From an uncultured Chloroflexia bacterium (GTDB lineage: Bacteria; Chloroflexota; Dehalococcoidia; UBA2979): a DNA stretch of 64,000 nucleotides. The stretch covers positions 1,152,001 through 1,216,000 of the forward strand of contig CAVSIV010000006.1 of the NCBI GenBank assembly GCA_963728205.1, written 5' to 3'. The position numbers were made by a program, and so were the translations under genes. The stretch's first letter is position 1. Each line of letters opens with the position of its first letter. This document shows, piece after piece, positions 1-12,368 of the stretch. The notes beneath the pieces are model-generated. The model saw nothing but the letters and a program-made list of their open reading frames with translations, did no database searches and was not told the DNA's origin.

Positions 1-1842
1 CTGCAGGCCGAGCGACTCGAGCTTCGCGCGGCTCGGCGCGCTCGTCTCCTGGTCCCAGCCGGCCTCGTCGTACCACTCGCGCTTCATCGTCTCGAGATCG
101 ATCGTGAAGCCCTCGTGCGGGCCCGCGGCGAGCGCCGGCTGACCGAGGATGCGCCCGGGGACCTTGCGCTTCGCGGGGTTGTTGCCGTGCTTCACCGCGA
201 AGGCAAGGCGCAGGTTGGCGATGCGCTCGCCCACCTGGTCCAGTTCCTCGTGCGTGGTGTCCCAGCCGGTCACGAGGTTGATCCACTCGGGGATCCGGCT
301 GGTCGGCGCCATCGTGTAGATGAAGTAGCACATGCCGGCCGAGTTCATGATGTGCGCCTGCTCGTGCGCCGCCTTGTGGATCTTGCCGCGGCCGGCGAAC
401 TGCTTCTTGTCCTCGGGCGGCTTCGGCATCGTCGGGAACTTCGACGACTTGCCCGGCGACCACAGCGTGTGGCGCGCCGGCGTCGGGTCGAGCGCGTAGG
501 ACGCCGCGAAGCCGATGTCGAGCTTCGGGTCGTGCATCGGCGGCTCCTCGCCGTCGATCGACGTGACGTACTGCTCGGCCTGCGCGCCGATCTTCTCGGC
601 GGCAACCCGCGAGCCGTCCGCGAGCAGGTCGCCGAGCCGGCCCTCGCGCCGGCCGATCTTGTGCAACGCCTGCATCATCGCCGTGGCGTTGCCCCAGCGC
701 AGGTCGATGCCGTCGGTGTCCTCCTTGGTGAGGACGCCGTTCTCGAAGCACTCGATCGCGAAGCCGATGGTCGCGCCGGTCGAGATCGTGTCGAGCCCGT
801 ACTGGTTGGCCCAGTGGTTCGCCGCGATCATCGCGTTGACGTCGTTGATGCCGTTGGACGCGCCCAGCGAGCCCATGGACTCGTACTCGGGGCGATGCGT
901 GTGCAGCGGGAACGAGAACTCGCCACGGTCGCTGCCGTCGACCGACTCGGCGCCGCATGCCACCGGGCAGTGCCAGCAGGCGTACTTCTTCTCCATGTCC
1001 TGGTTGACGTTCGGGCCCGTCATGTTCGACGTGTCCTGGTCGCCGACCAGGTCGACCACGCCGACGCCGCCCCAGTTCTTCACCGGCATATCGCCGTTGA
1101 TCGCCGAGTTCGCGGTGATGCCCGTGGTGCCGAACGTCGTGAAGAACTGCTTCGTGCCCTTGTTGAAGCCCTCGAGGCTGCTCTTCACGGTGAGCAGCAC
1201 GTCCTTGTTCTGAGCCATGATCTTCGCGGTCGGCTTGCAGACGACGGCCTTGAGCTTCTTCGAGCCCATCACGGCACCGACACCGGAGCGGGCGGCGAGG
1301 CGCCCGCGCTCGTTCGCGATGCCCGCCATCAGGTTCAGGTTCTCACCGGCCGGGCCGATCAGCGCGACGCTGATCTTCTTGCCCAGCTCCTCCTTCATCT
1401 GGTCCTCGACGTCGATCGCGAGCCCACCCCAGTACTGCGAGGCGTCGCGCAGCTCCACGGTGTCGTCGTCGATGTAGAGGTAGACGGGGTGGTCGGACTG
1501 GCCGGAGAAGAGGATGCCGTCGTAGCCGACGAACTTGAGCGCCGGGCCGAAGTCGCCGCCGCAGTTGGCGTCGCCCCAGCCGTTGTTCTTCGGCGACTTG
1601 CAGACGACCTGGAAGCGCTGGCCGAACAGCGGCGTGCCGGTAAGCAGGCCGGGGAAGATGCCGAGGATGTTGTCGGGGCCGAGCGGGTCGGCGCCGGCAG
1701 GGATGCGGTCGAACAACAGCCGCGAGCCGAGGCCGTACCCACCGAGGAGCGAGCGATACATCTGCTCCGGGATGTCCTCGGGCTCGATCTCGCCCGTGGT
1801 TAGATTCACGTTCAGGATGCGGCCGTTGATCGCCTCTGCCAC
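1..1842 (-). CDS. Aldehyde:ferredoxin oxidoreductase family (W/Mo-pterin), 3' end runs off the window
   Basis: Absent from the ORF track (no stop in window). Manual translation from GTG 1842: MAEAINGRILNVNLTTG...DPLGPDN...KSP...DANCGG...GRLAARSGVGAVMGSKKLKAV, ending GWDQETSAPSRAKLESLGL. These are AOR family hallmarks. AAGGGG RBS upstream. Confidence 0.9.
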   Translation of the reverse strand, partial: MAEAINGRILNVNLTTGEIEPEDIPEQMYRSLLGGYGLGSRLLFDRIPAGADPLGPDNILGIFPGLLTGTPLFGQRFQVVCKSPKNNGWGDANCGGDFGPALKFVGYDGILFSGQSDHPVYLYIDDDTVELRDASQYWGGLAIDVEDQMKEELGKKISVALIGPAGENLNLMAGIANERGRLAARSGVGAVMGSKKLKAVVCKPTAKIMAQNKDVLLTVKSSLEGFNKGTKQFFTTFGTTGITANSAINGDMPVKNWGGVGVVDLVGDQDTSNMTGPNVNQDMEKKYACWHCPVACGAESVDGSDRGEFSFPLHTHRPEYESMGSLGASNGINDVNAMIAANHWANQYGLDTISTGATIGFAIECFENGVLTKEDTDGIDLRWGNATAMMQALHKIGRREGRLGDLLADGSRVAAEKIGAQAEQYVTSIDGEEPPMHDPKLDIGFAASYALDPTPARHTLWSPGKSSKFPTMPKPPEDKKQFAGRGKIHKAAHEQAHIMNSAGMCYFIYTMAPTSRIPEWINLVTGWDTTHEELDQVGERIANLRLAFAVKHGNNPAKRKVPGRILGQPALAAGPHEGFTIDLETMKREWYDEAGWDQETSAPSRAKLESLGLQ

Positions 1843-2041
1843 GCTCGTCCCCTTACTGCTGTCGCTGTCGTGCGGTGGGCCTTCCGCCGCGCCGCGCCCG
1901 GTCCGTGGACAGGACCGCGCGGCACACCGGCCCCGTGTTGCCGGGCCATACGCGCCCACCTAGGCTGATGGACCGCCGGGCCCGCCCACGCGCGTAAGCG
2001 TACAGCGTGTACGCATCGCGCGTGATCAGATTGGACCGCTG

Positions 2042-3319
2042 GTGTCGAACGATTTGGAAATTACCACACTCGATAATGGGCTGCGTGTGCTCACGACGCC
2101 CCTCCCCACCGCTCAGTCGGCGGCGGTGGCGCTCTTCGTCGGCGTCGGGTCGCGAGACGAGACGCCGCGCACCAACGGCCTTTCGCACTACATCGAGCAC
2201 ATGCTGTTCAAGGGCACCGAGCGGCGCCCCGACGCCGCGCTGATCTCCCAGGCCATCGAGGGCGCGGGCGGTGGACTCAACGCCTACACGACGAAGGAGC
2301 TCACCTGCTACTGGGCAAACCTGCCCTACGAGCGGTGCGAGACCGGCATCGATGTGCTCGCCGACATGCTGCAGCACAGCCTGCTGCAGCCCGAGGAGAT
2401 CGAGCGCGAGCGGACCGTCGTCCAGCAGGAGATCCGGCGCGCGCATGACAGCCCGGGCGCGTACGTGGGCGAGCTGCTCGGAACGGCGATCTACGGCGAT
2501 CAGCCGATCGGCTGGCCGGTCGCCGGGTCGCTCGAGACCGTCGCCGCGGTGCAGCGCGACGACATCGTGCAGCACCTGGCGGCGTTCTACCGCGCGTCGG
2601 ACTGCGTGCTCTCGGTCGCCGGGAACGTGACACACGAGGCCGTGGTGGAGGCGGCGGCGCGCCACCTCGCGGACTTCAGCGCCGGGACGCCGCCACAGCC
2701 GCCGGCGTCGCGCTGGGGGCGTCCCGCGGACTACATCCACATCGCCGAGCGCGATCTCGAGCAGACGAACGTCGCGCTCTCGATGCAGGCGCTCGCGCGG
2801 CGCGACCCCGACCGCTACGCGCTCGACATCATGAACACCGCGCTTGGTCGCGGGATGTCGTCACGCCTCTTCAAGGAGGTGCGCGAGCGTCGCGGGCTCG
2901 CCTACTCGGTGTCCTCGGGCGCGACGCGCTACCAGGACATCGGCACGCTGACGGTGAGCGCCGGCGTCACGCGGCAGCACCAGGAGGAGGCGCTGCGCGT
3001 GATCCTCGCCGAGCTGCACCGACTGGTGAGCGAGCCGATGCCGGAGGACGAGCTCCAGCGCACGAAGGACTTCGCCGTCGGGAGCTTCCGGCTGTCGCTC
3101 GAGACGCCGATGGCGCTCGGTCAGCGGCGCGGGAACCAGCTGCTGCAGGACGGCGAGATCGAGCCCGCCGACGTGACCGTCGAGCGCCTGCGCGCGGTGA
3201 CCGCGGACGACGTGCGCCGCGTCGCGGAGCGCGTGATCGGGCCCGCGCAGTTCGCGCTTGCGGTCGTCGGACCGTCGGCGTCCAGCGACACGCTGGACGC
3301 GATCCTCGCAGGCGCGTGA
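2042..3319 (+). CDS. M16 (pitrilysin-family) zinc peptidase
   Basis: Inverted zinc motif HYIEHMLFKGT, NAYT, and GMSSRLFKEVRERRGLAYSV. Confidence 0.92.
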   Translation: MSNDLEITTLDNGLRVLTTPLPTAQSAAVALFVGVGSRDETPRTNGLSHYIEHMLFKGTERRPDAALISQAIEGAGGGLNAYTTKELTCYWANLPYERCETGIDVLADMLQHSLLQPEEIERERTVVQQEIRRAHDSPGAYVGELLGTAIYGDQPIGWPVAGSLETVAAVQRDDIVQHLAAFYRASDCVLSVAGNVTHEAVVEAAARHLADFSAGTPPQPPASRWGRPADYIHIAERDLEQTNVALSMQALARRDPDRYALDIMNTALGRGMSSRLFKEVRERRGLAYSVSSGATRYQDIGTLTVSAGVTRQHQEEALRVILAELHRLVSEPMPEDELQRTKDFAVGSFRLSLETPMALGQRRGNQLLQDGEIEPADVTVERLRAVTADDVRRVAERVIGPAQFALAVVGPSASSDTLDAILAGA

Positions 3320-3335
3320 TCGCGCGGCCCCTTCG

Positions 3336-4334
3336 GTGACGGACGAGCGCGCGGTCGACGCGGCCGACGTCGTCGCGATCGTGCGAGCGTCGGGGCTCGC
3401 GGTCACGGGCGCCGTCACCGCGCTCGACGCCGGCGTCAGCGTCGAGGCGTGGCGCGCGGAGAGCGACGGCGGGCCGCTCGTGGTGCTCGTCGAGCGCGCG
3501 GGCCTCGCGGGCGGCGAGCGCCGGCAGCGCGCCGCTTTCGAGGCGCGCCACGCGCTGCTCGCGCAGCTGCACCCTCGCGACCCGCGCTGCCCGCGCCCGC
3601 TCGCGACGCAGGCGGACGCCGGCGCGGCCGACCCGCTCAGCGGCGCGCGCTCCTGGGCCGTCGCGACGTTCGTCGCGGGCACGCCGCTCGATCCCGATCG
3701 CCACGCGGACGCTGCCCGCGAGCTCGGCGTGCTGCTGCGCGCGCTGCACGACCTCCCCGCCGCCGGCCACGGCATGCTCGCCGACGAGCGCGGCGCGCTG
3801 CGCGGGCTCGCCGACGACCCCACGGCGGGCCTGCTGCTGCGCTGGCCGTGGCTGTGGCCCTTCGACGGCCGCCCGCTCGTCGCGCACCCGGTCGTGCGCG
3901 CGGCGCCCGCCCTCGTCGGCGGGCTCGCCGCGCTGCGCGCGCCACTGCTGCGCTGGGCCGACCCCGCCATCCCCACCGCCGTCTGCCACGGCGACCTCAA
4001 GCCCAACCACGCGCGCATCGACGCCGACGGGCGCCTCGCCGGCCTGATCGACTTCGGGGACGCCATGGTCGCGCCGCGCGCGTGGGACCTCGCGACGTTC
4101 GCGTGGCACGCCGGGTGGCCGGCGGTCGACGCGCTGCTCGAGGGCTACGAACCGAAGCGGCTCCTGCGCGAGTCGCTGCGAGCCGAGGCGGAGCACCTCG
4201 TCGTGCCGCTGGTGCTCGGGTACTTCGAGCGCGACGTCCGGCGGGGCGCACCGGCCGGCGAGACGGGGGAAGCGCCCCGGACGCTGGCGTTCCTGGCGGA
4301 CGCCGTGCCCCGGGCACTGCGCCACGCTCGCTGA
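3336..4334 (+). CDS. Aminoglycoside phosphotransferase (APH)/choline kinase-like protein
   Basis: CHGDLKPNH and LIDFGD kinase motifs; start placed at GTG 3336 after the M16 stop. Confidence 0.75.
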   Translation: MTDERAVDAADVVAIVRASGLAVTGAVTALDAGVSVEAWRAESDGGPLVVLVERAGLAGGERRQRAAFEARHALLAQLHPRDPRCPRPLATQADAGAADPLSGARSWAVATFVAGTPLDPDRHADAARELGVLLRALHDLPAAGHGMLADERGALRGLADDPTAGLLLRWPWLWPFDGRPLVAHPVVRAAPALVGGLAALRAPLLRWADPAIPTAVCHGDLKPNHARIDADGRLAGLIDFGDAMVAPRAWDLATFAWHAGWPAVDALLEGYEPKRLLRESLRAEAEHLVVPLVLGYFERDVRRGAPAGETGEAPRTLAFLADAVPRALRHAR

Positions 4335-4421
4335 CGGCGCCGCGGCGCGCACGGAAGAGCCCCCGGCGGGGGGAGCCGGGGGCTCGGGGCACACGACGTC
4401 GTGCGCAGCAGACCGGGCGCG

Positions 4422-5036
4422 CTAGCCGCCGGCAGGCGACCCCGCCGCGCCCGTTCTCGACGGGGGACTCGCGGCGATCAACCCCGGGTCCCACGGCGTA
4501 CCGAGCATCGGCAGCACCCAGCGGTCCATACCGATGCGGCCCGCGACCTTCCAGGCCAGGAGGATCAGGATCCCCAGCAGGAAGAGGACCGGGTTCGTGC
4601 TCGCGCTCCCGGCGAGCATGAAGTTGAAGTTCATCGTGATGCCGCCCAGCGCCGCGAAGCCGGTGAGCAGCCCGATGATCAGGCCGATGCCCACGAAGAA
4701 CTCACCGAAAGCGATGATCCAGGCGAACCAGTGGTACCAGCCGTGGTCGAGCATGAACTGGATGAACGCGCGATACCAGTCGTAGCGAATCGGCGCCGAC
4801 CCGGTCGCCGGGACGGCCACGATGCGCTTCCAGAAGCCTTCGAGCCCGACGCCGCCGTTCGTGATCCAGTTTCCGCCGTGGATCTTCTCCCAGCCGGCGT
4901 TCAGCCACTGCCAGCCGACGTACGTACGGACGATCAGCCACAGCGGCGCCATCATCGTGTTCGCGAAGAGCATGCGGTACCACGCCGGGTCCCGCAGCTC
5001 GTGACTGCGCGAGAGCTCGGTCAGCCGGAAGCTCAT
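4422..5036 (-). CDS. DoxX/DoxD-family (thiosulfate:quinone oxidoreductase small subunit-like) membrane protein
   Basis: RTYVGWQWLNAGWEK, GEFFVGIGLIIG, MNFNFMLAGSASTNP, AGRIGMDRW; ATGA overlap with upstream gene. Confidence 0.85.
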   Translation of the reverse strand: MSFRLTELSRSHELRDPAWYRMLFANTMMAPLWLIVRTYVGWQWLNAGWEKIHGGNWITNGGVGLEGFWKRIVAVPATGSAPIRYDWYRAFIQFMLDHGWYHWFAWIIAFGEFFVGIGLIIGLLTGFAALGGITMNFNFMLAGSASTNPVLFLLGILILLAWKVAGRIGMDRWVLPMLGTPWDPGLIAASPPSRTGAAGSPAGG

Positions 5037-5230
5037 GACGCCCTCCTCCCGCTCTCGTCCGGATGCACCACCCACTCGCCGATCGCCCACGCGACGATCA
5101 CCGCCGCGAGGACGGGGAAGAAGCTCCAGAGCTTGTTCTCGAAGCTGGCCGCCATGATGACCGCGAACACCGCCACCGCGGCCCAGGTGGCCAACCCGAG
5201 GATGAGTTTGCCGATTTCGCTTTCCGACAT
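5033..5230 (-). CDS. Small two-TM membrane protein (65 aa), coupled to the DoxX gene
   Basis: GGAGGAG RBS, two hydrophobic stretches, stop overlaps DoxX ATG. Confidence 0.7.
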   Translation of the reverse strand: MSESEIGKLILGLATWAAVAVFAVIMAASFENKLWSFFPVLAAVIVAWAIGEWVVHPDESGRRAS

Positions 5231-5482
5231 GTTCCGCTCTACTCCTCCAACCAGTGTCCCTGTGAGCATCTCACTGACGCTCACCCGGGACCTCCGCGTG
5301 GACTCCCCCTGCCCACGTCATCGACCATCCTAATTTCGCTTGTGCTCTCGCAGAAGGACGACCGCCTACCGTCGCTGGTGACGAAAGTCCCCTGTGTGCC
5401 TGCGGAACGAATGGCAGCAAAGCCTCCCGCTGGCTCGTCGCCGCGCGACGGGTAGGATCGCGCGGGACGGGGAGGGTGGCCC

Positions 5483-6205
5483 ATGCCGCACGTCGAGACG
5501 CCGCACGGTATTCGGATTCGCTACGACGATCGCGGGCGGCGCGACGGCCGTCCCATCGTCCTCGCCCACGGGTTCGGCGTGGGGCTCGAGATGTGGTTCC
5601 CGCAGCTGCGCGACCTCTCGCAGGCGCATCGCCTGATCACGTGGGACGCGCGCGGCCACGGCGGCAGCAGCGCGCCGGACGACCGCGCGACCTACACGAT
5701 GCCGGCACTCGCGCGGGACCTCCGGGCGCTGCTCGAGGCGCTCGACGCAGTGGATGGAGCGGTGATCGGCGGGATGTCGTTCGGCGGAATGATCGCGTTG
5801 CAGTACGCGGTCGACCACGCCGCGGACGTCCACGCGCTGATTCTGTCCGACACGACGACCCGCGGATCGGACGAGGGCCGCGGGCGCGAAGCATCGCCGC
5901 CGGAGTGGGCCGGCGACCCCGGCCTCGAGGGAGCGATGCACGCGATGGCAACCCGGCCCGACCTCACGCCGCGATTGCACGTGCTCGAGGTGCCGACGCT
6001 GGTGCTGGTGGGCACCGAGGACGACCGCATCCTGCGCGGCCTGGACCGCCTGATCGACGGGCTGCCGCACCGGCGGGTGGTGCGTCTCGTGGACTGCGAG
6101 CACGGCACGTCGGGCCAGCGGCCCGGTGCGTGGAACACCGCGGTGCTCGACTTCCTCGCGGACGTCGACGCCGGCACGACGCTCGGCGAAGACCGCACCG
6201 TCTGA
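5483..6205 (+). CDS. Alpha/beta-fold hydrolase
   Basis: HGFG, WDARGHGGS, nucleophile elbow GMSFGG, GTED and terminal His. Confidence 0.88.
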   Translation: MPHVETPHGIRIRYDDRGRRDGRPIVLAHGFGVGLEMWFPQLRDLSQAHRLITWDARGHGGSSAPDDRATYTMPALARDLRALLEALDAVDGAVIGGMSFGGMIALQYAVDHAADVHALILSDTTTRGSDEGRGREASPPEWAGDPGLEGAMHAMATRPDLTPRLHVLEVPTLVLVGTEDDRILRGLDRLIDGLPHRRVVRLVDCEHGTSGQRPGAWNTAVLDFLADVDAGTTLGEDRTV

Positions 6206-6297
6206 CCGAGCGGGCCGGCGATGGCCGTGACGCCGGCCGCCGTGCGCCCGTAGCATGCCGCGCGCACGCATCCATCAGGCGGAACACGGGAGGTGCC

Positions 6298-7190
6298 ATG
6301 CTCGCGCTGCGCAGCGTCCTCGTGATCGACGGCGACGACGAGTCGCAGTACGTCGCTGCGGCGACCACCGCGGCGGACGCCGTGCTGTTCGACCTCGCCG
6401 CGCCCGAGCAGCTCGGGGCGCGCGCCGCCGCGCGACGCCTGGTCGAGCGACACGCGCCGGCGGCGGCGAAGGCGCGGCGCACGGTGCTCGTGCGACTCGG
6501 CGACACGCGCTCGGGCGAGCTGGAGGCGGACGTCGATGCAATCGTCGGCGCGGCCGTCTCCGGCGTCGTGCTCGCCGGCGCCGAGGCGCCGCAGGACGCG
6601 CGCGACGCCGACGTCGCCATCCGCAAGCGCGAGATGCGGCGCGGGCTCGAGCCCGGCGCAATCCGGCTCGTCTGCGAGATCGACTCGCCCGCCGGCCTGC
6701 GCGCGCTGCCGGGAATCCTCGACGCCGTCGACCGTCACGGCGCGGTCGCGCTCGACGTCGCCTCGCTGCTGACGCAGCTGGGTGCGGCGCGGCGGGCCTC
6801 GCCGGGCGGAACCGGCGCGGTCGGTGTGCTCGCGGAGCACGCGATGGCGGACGTCGCGCTCGCGGCCGGCGCGCTGCACCTGCCGTGGATCGTCACCGGC
6901 CGCGATGCCGGCGCGATGGCGCCCCGCGCGCACGACCTGGGCGCGGCCGGGGTCGCGCTGCGCAGCGAGACGGCGGCGCTGGGGACAAACGCGCTCTTCG
7001 CGCCCGACCCCGAAGAGGTCGCCGCCGCGCGCGCCACGCTCGCCGAATGGGGGCGGGTCCGCGATCACGGCCGGTGGGTCGGCGTGGTGGGGGCGCCGGG
7101 CGGTCCGCGGCTCGTCGATCGCCGCACCGCGCGGCTGGCACGCGCGGTGATCGCCCGTGCCGATGCCGTGGCGCGCCGCGAGACCGCGCG

Positions 7191-7194
<4 letters not shown>
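6298..7194 (+). CDS. HpcH/HpaI aldolase / citrate lyase beta (CitE)-like protein, divergent
   Basis: LRSVL..., ADAVLFDL, NALFAPDPEEVAAAR, GPRLVD pattern; GGAGG RBS before ATG 6298. Confidence 0.65.
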
Positions 7195-9415
<2,221 letters not shown>

Positions 9416-9455
9416 CCGGGGCGCGCACGAGCCGGCGCTCGCGAGGGAGGCAACG

Positions 9456-9977
9456 TTGCACACGCTCTCGCTCGTGATCCACGTGACCGCGGCGGCGATC
9501 CTGTTCGGGCCGCAGGTGCTCCTCTTCCTCGCGGTCACGCCGGCGACGTGGCTGATCGACGACGAGGCGCTGCGCCGCGCGGTGACGCGCGTGGTGACGG
9601 CCCGCTACGGGATGATCGCCGGGATCGCGATCGTGCTGCTCGTCGTGACCGGCATCTACCAGTACATGTCGATGGTGCCGGCCGACATCCGCGGGAACCT
9701 CTCGAGCTACCGCTTCGGCACGATCTTCATGCTGAAGATGGCGCTGTTCGCGGCCTTCCTCGCGCTGCTCTTCTACCACGTGTTCTTTGTCGCGCGGCGC
9801 ATCGTCGCGCTGAGCGAGGCGGTGGTGGCGCAGGGCCGGGACGATGACGTCGCCGCGCTCGACGCGGCACGGCGGACGTCGTTCCTGATCTCGTTCTTCA
9901 TGCTGATGACGGTGCTGGCCGTGGTCGTGCTCGGCGTGATGCTCGGCAGCCACGAGTTCTCGTACGTGCACCTGTGA
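9456..9977 (+). CDS. Four-TM membrane protein (CopD/DUF4149-like)
   Basis: Four hydrophobic helices, IHVTAAAI start, MLKMALF; GGAGG RBS before TTG. Confidence 0.6.
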   Translation: MHTLSLVIHVTAAAILFGPQVLLFLAVTPATWLIDDEALRRAVTRVVTARYGMIAGIAIVLLVVTGIYQYMSMVPADIRGNLSSYRFGTIFMLKMALFAAFLALLFYHVFFVARRIVALSEAVVAQGRDDDVAALDAARRTSFLISFFMLMTVLAVVVLGVMLGSHEFSYVHL

Positions 9978-10531
9978 CGCGCACGCTGCCCGACCTGCTG
10001 CGGCCCGGGCTCGACCTCGTGTTCGTCGGGATCAACCCGGGGGAGCGCTCGGCGGCGGTCGGTCACTACTACGGGCACGGGGGCAACGGGTTCTGGCCGG
10101 CGCTCGCGGCGTCGGGGCTGGTCGACGCGCCGGTCACGGCGGCCGACGACCGCGTCTGTCCCGAGCGGTGGGGCATCGGCTTCACCGACGTCGTGAAGCG
10201 CGTGGTCACCGACTCGTCGCTGGTGACGACCGACGAGCTGCGGGGGGCAGCGCCGGCGTTCGGCCGGCGCATCGCCTACGCGGCCCCGCGACACGTGTGC
10301 TTCACCAGCACACGCGGGTTCGACGCCGTGTTCCCCGGCACGCGCCGCGCGCACGGGTGGGGTCGCCAGCCGGTGACGCTCGAGGGCGCACAGGTGTGGC
10401 TGATGCCGTCGACGTCGGGGCGCGCGGTCGCCTTCCGCGCGCAGGTGCACGAGGTGCTGCGCGCGCTCGCCGCGGCGCTCGGCCGCGACGGCGGCGAGGC
10501 GACGCAGGCGCGAACGGAGGATGCCGCGTGA
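9974..10531 (+). CDS. mug: Mismatch-specific DNA glycosylase (UDG family 2)
   Basis: LPDLLRPGLDLVFVGINPG, GHYY, NGFW, MPSTSG. Confidence 0.88.
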   Translation: MTRTLPDLLRPGLDLVFVGINPGERSAAVGHYYGHGGNGFWPALAASGLVDAPVTAADDRVCPERWGIGFTDVVKRVVTDSSLVTTDELRGAAPAFGRRIAYAAPRHVCFTSTRGFDAVFPGTRRAHGWGRQPVTLEGAQVWLMPSTSGRAVAFRAQVHEVLRALAAALGRDGGEATQARTEDAA

Positions 10532-11088
10532 CCAGCAGCGGACGCCGCGCGCGGCGGCGGGCGTCGAACGACGTGCCGCCGGAGGAGCGCTACCGCCCGG
10601 ACGATGGCTGCCCGCTCTTCAGCACGAGCCTCGAGGATCACCTCGTGGCGGTCAGCCGGGGCGAGGAGCCGAAGCGCGGCCGCTTCTGCGGGAACTGCTA
10701 CACGCCGCTCGCGCGCAACGTCGACGCCTGCGAGCACTGCGGCAACGACGCGACGAGCGGGCGCCGCGCGGCGCTCGTCGTGCCCGAGGAGATCGCGCTC
10801 ATCCTGCGCACCCAGCGCAACGTCGAGTCGACGTGGGTGAACGGCATGGCCTACCTCGGCCTGCTGATCGCGGTGGTCGGCGGCATCGCGCTGGTGCTCG
10901 CCGTGCCGTACCTGCGGGGCCACCTGATCTGGGCGACGATCGTCTACGGCGTGCTGCTGCTGGTGGGCGGGCGCATGCTCGCCGGGTTCCTCGGCGGGTT
11001 CTTCGGAGACCGGTGGGGGTACACGATCGCGCGCCGGCGCACCCGCGCCGGATGGGAGCGCTGGGTGCGCGTGCGGGACCGGGGGTAA
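10528..11088 (+). CDS. Zinc-ribbon membrane protein
   Basis: FCGNC...CEHCG plus two C-terminal TM helices; GTGA overlap with mug stop. Confidence 0.65.
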   Translation: MTSSGRRARRRASNDVPPEERYRPDDGCPLFSTSLEDHLVAVSRGEEPKRGRFCGNCYTPLARNVDACEHCGNDATSGRRAALVVPEEIALILRTQRNVESTWVNGMAYLGLLIAVVGGIALVLAVPYLRGHLIWATIVYGVLLLVGGRMLAGFLGGFFGDRWGYTIARRRTRAGWERWVRVRDRG

Positions 11089-11141
11089 AGCGTTCGTCGG
11101 CCGACTCCGGTAGCGTGCGTGGACGCGGAGGCGAAACGTCC

Positions 11142-11819
11142 ATGACGTCGACGGTCAACGTGGAGGCACTCCCGAGTTCCGCCCACCTTGCGGGGCTCCG
11201 CTCACGCCTGATTACGAGACTCACGGGCCTCTCGCCGCATCAAGTCCGCTACTGGCATGAGTCTGGTCTGCTCGAGGCATCACTTCGCCCGGGGCACCGG
11301 GGTGTTCCCCGCCTCTACAGTTGGGTCGACTATCTGCGCCTGCAAGTCGCGGCAGAACTTGAACGGGCACAGGTGCCCACGACTCGAACCCGACGTGCGA
11401 TTGCTTTCCTGGACGAGCATCTGCCCGACTGGTACTTGCTCCCGACGCGCGTCCGTAGCGATTCGATGGGCCATGTCCGCGTCCGTACTGCGGGAGCGCC
11501 AACCTTCGTGGCCGACGCGGGTGGACAATTCACGCTCGATGTCACTGGTTCGATGCCCCCCGACGTTCCTGAAGCCGGTGTCGCATTGTCACTCATCTCG
11601 AAGCGCGGCCCGCTGTGCCTCCTGAGCACGTTCGACGACGCCGTGTTCATGGATCCCACCGTCAATCTTGCGCAGCCGAGTGTGGTCGAAACAGCTCTCG
11701 AAACGCGCTTCGTGGCCGGCATCGCCAGTGAGATTGGCGTTGCAGAGACGGCGGTCCTCTACCGTCTCGACCTGGCTCGCTTGCGCCGGGTCATCGAGTT
11801 CGAGGGGGCCGTTGCATAG
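11142..11819 (+). CDS. MerR-HTH/DUF433-type putative antitoxin
   Basis: LTGLSPHQVRYW...RLYSW.D.L.L HTH; C-terminal MDPTVNLAQPSV resembles DUF433; GGAGG RBS. Confidence 0.7.
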   Translation: MTSTVNVEALPSSAHLAGLRSRLITRLTGLSPHQVRYWHESGLLEASLRPGHRGVPRLYSWVDYLRLQVAAELERAQVPTTRTRRAIAFLDEHLPDWYLLPTRVRSDSMGHVRVRTAGAPTFVADAGGQFTLDVTGSMPPDVPEAGVALSLISKRGPLCLLSTFDDAVFMDPTVNLAQPSVVETALETRFVAGIASEIGVAETAVLYRLDLARLRRVIEFEGAVA

Positions 11820-12358
11820 CCAGGTTGCTCCTCGACGAGCACGTACCTCCTGAACTCGGCCTCGTGCTTCGCAGCCTCGGGCACGAAACGTTGCACGTCA
11901 CCGAGACGCCGCTGAGAGGAAGCGACGACGCGGGGCTCTTACGATCACTTCCCGAAGTGGACTGCGAGTGGCTCCTCACGCTCGACATGCACCTACAGCC
12001 GGAGGTGTGGCCGAACGTCTACACCGTGCTAGCAGAGGGCGTGGGGCGGCTTATCCGCGTTCGCCCGCTTCGCTCGCCTCCCATCGAAACGCGTGCGGAC
12101 CTCGTCGCGAAACTCACGCAGTATTTGGTGACGGACTATCCAAGTTGGGCTCGCTGGTTGCCCGATAGGTCCGTGCGTCTAATCGATCTGGGCCGCGGGT
12201 CAACCAGTCGATCGCGCGGACGCATGGGGCGTGGACCATCGGCGCACTCCGCGTTCACCGCGAAGGAGGTTGCCGGGTTGATGCAGCAGCACCTCGGGTA
12301 CGGGGGCGGCCCTCGGCTCAATCGCGCTCAGAGAACGCGGCGGGGGCGATCCTCATAG
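11816..12358 (+). CDS. DUF5615 PIN-like putative toxin (start uncertain: ATA 11816 or TTG 11825)
   Basis: LLLDEHVP...LRSLGH...HV...GSDD...LLTLD PIN-like pattern directly after the antitoxin. Confidence 0.7.
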   Translation: MARLLLDEHVPPELGLVLRSLGHETLHVTETPLRGSDDAGLLRSLPEVDCEWLLTLDMHLQPEVWPNVYTVLAEGVGRLIRVRPLRSPPIETRADLVAKLTQYLVTDYPSWARWLPDRSVRLIDLGRGSTSRSRGRMGRGPSAHSAFTAKEVAGLMQQHLGYGGGPRLNRAQRTRRGRSS

Positions 12359-12368
12359 GAGTGAAGGT

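Noticed and set aside
115-1803. 562-aa plus-strand ORF and other long Arg/Ala-rich antisense ORFs (e.g. 15743-19051, 57757-60597, 40866-43037)
   Set aside because: Shadow ORFs of real genes on the opposite strand, expected at high GC. Only the last 75 codons of 57757-60597 (Trm112-like) are real.
11089-12368. Mobile-element call for the TA islet
   Set aside because: No transposase or integrase, terminal repeats or target duplication visible.
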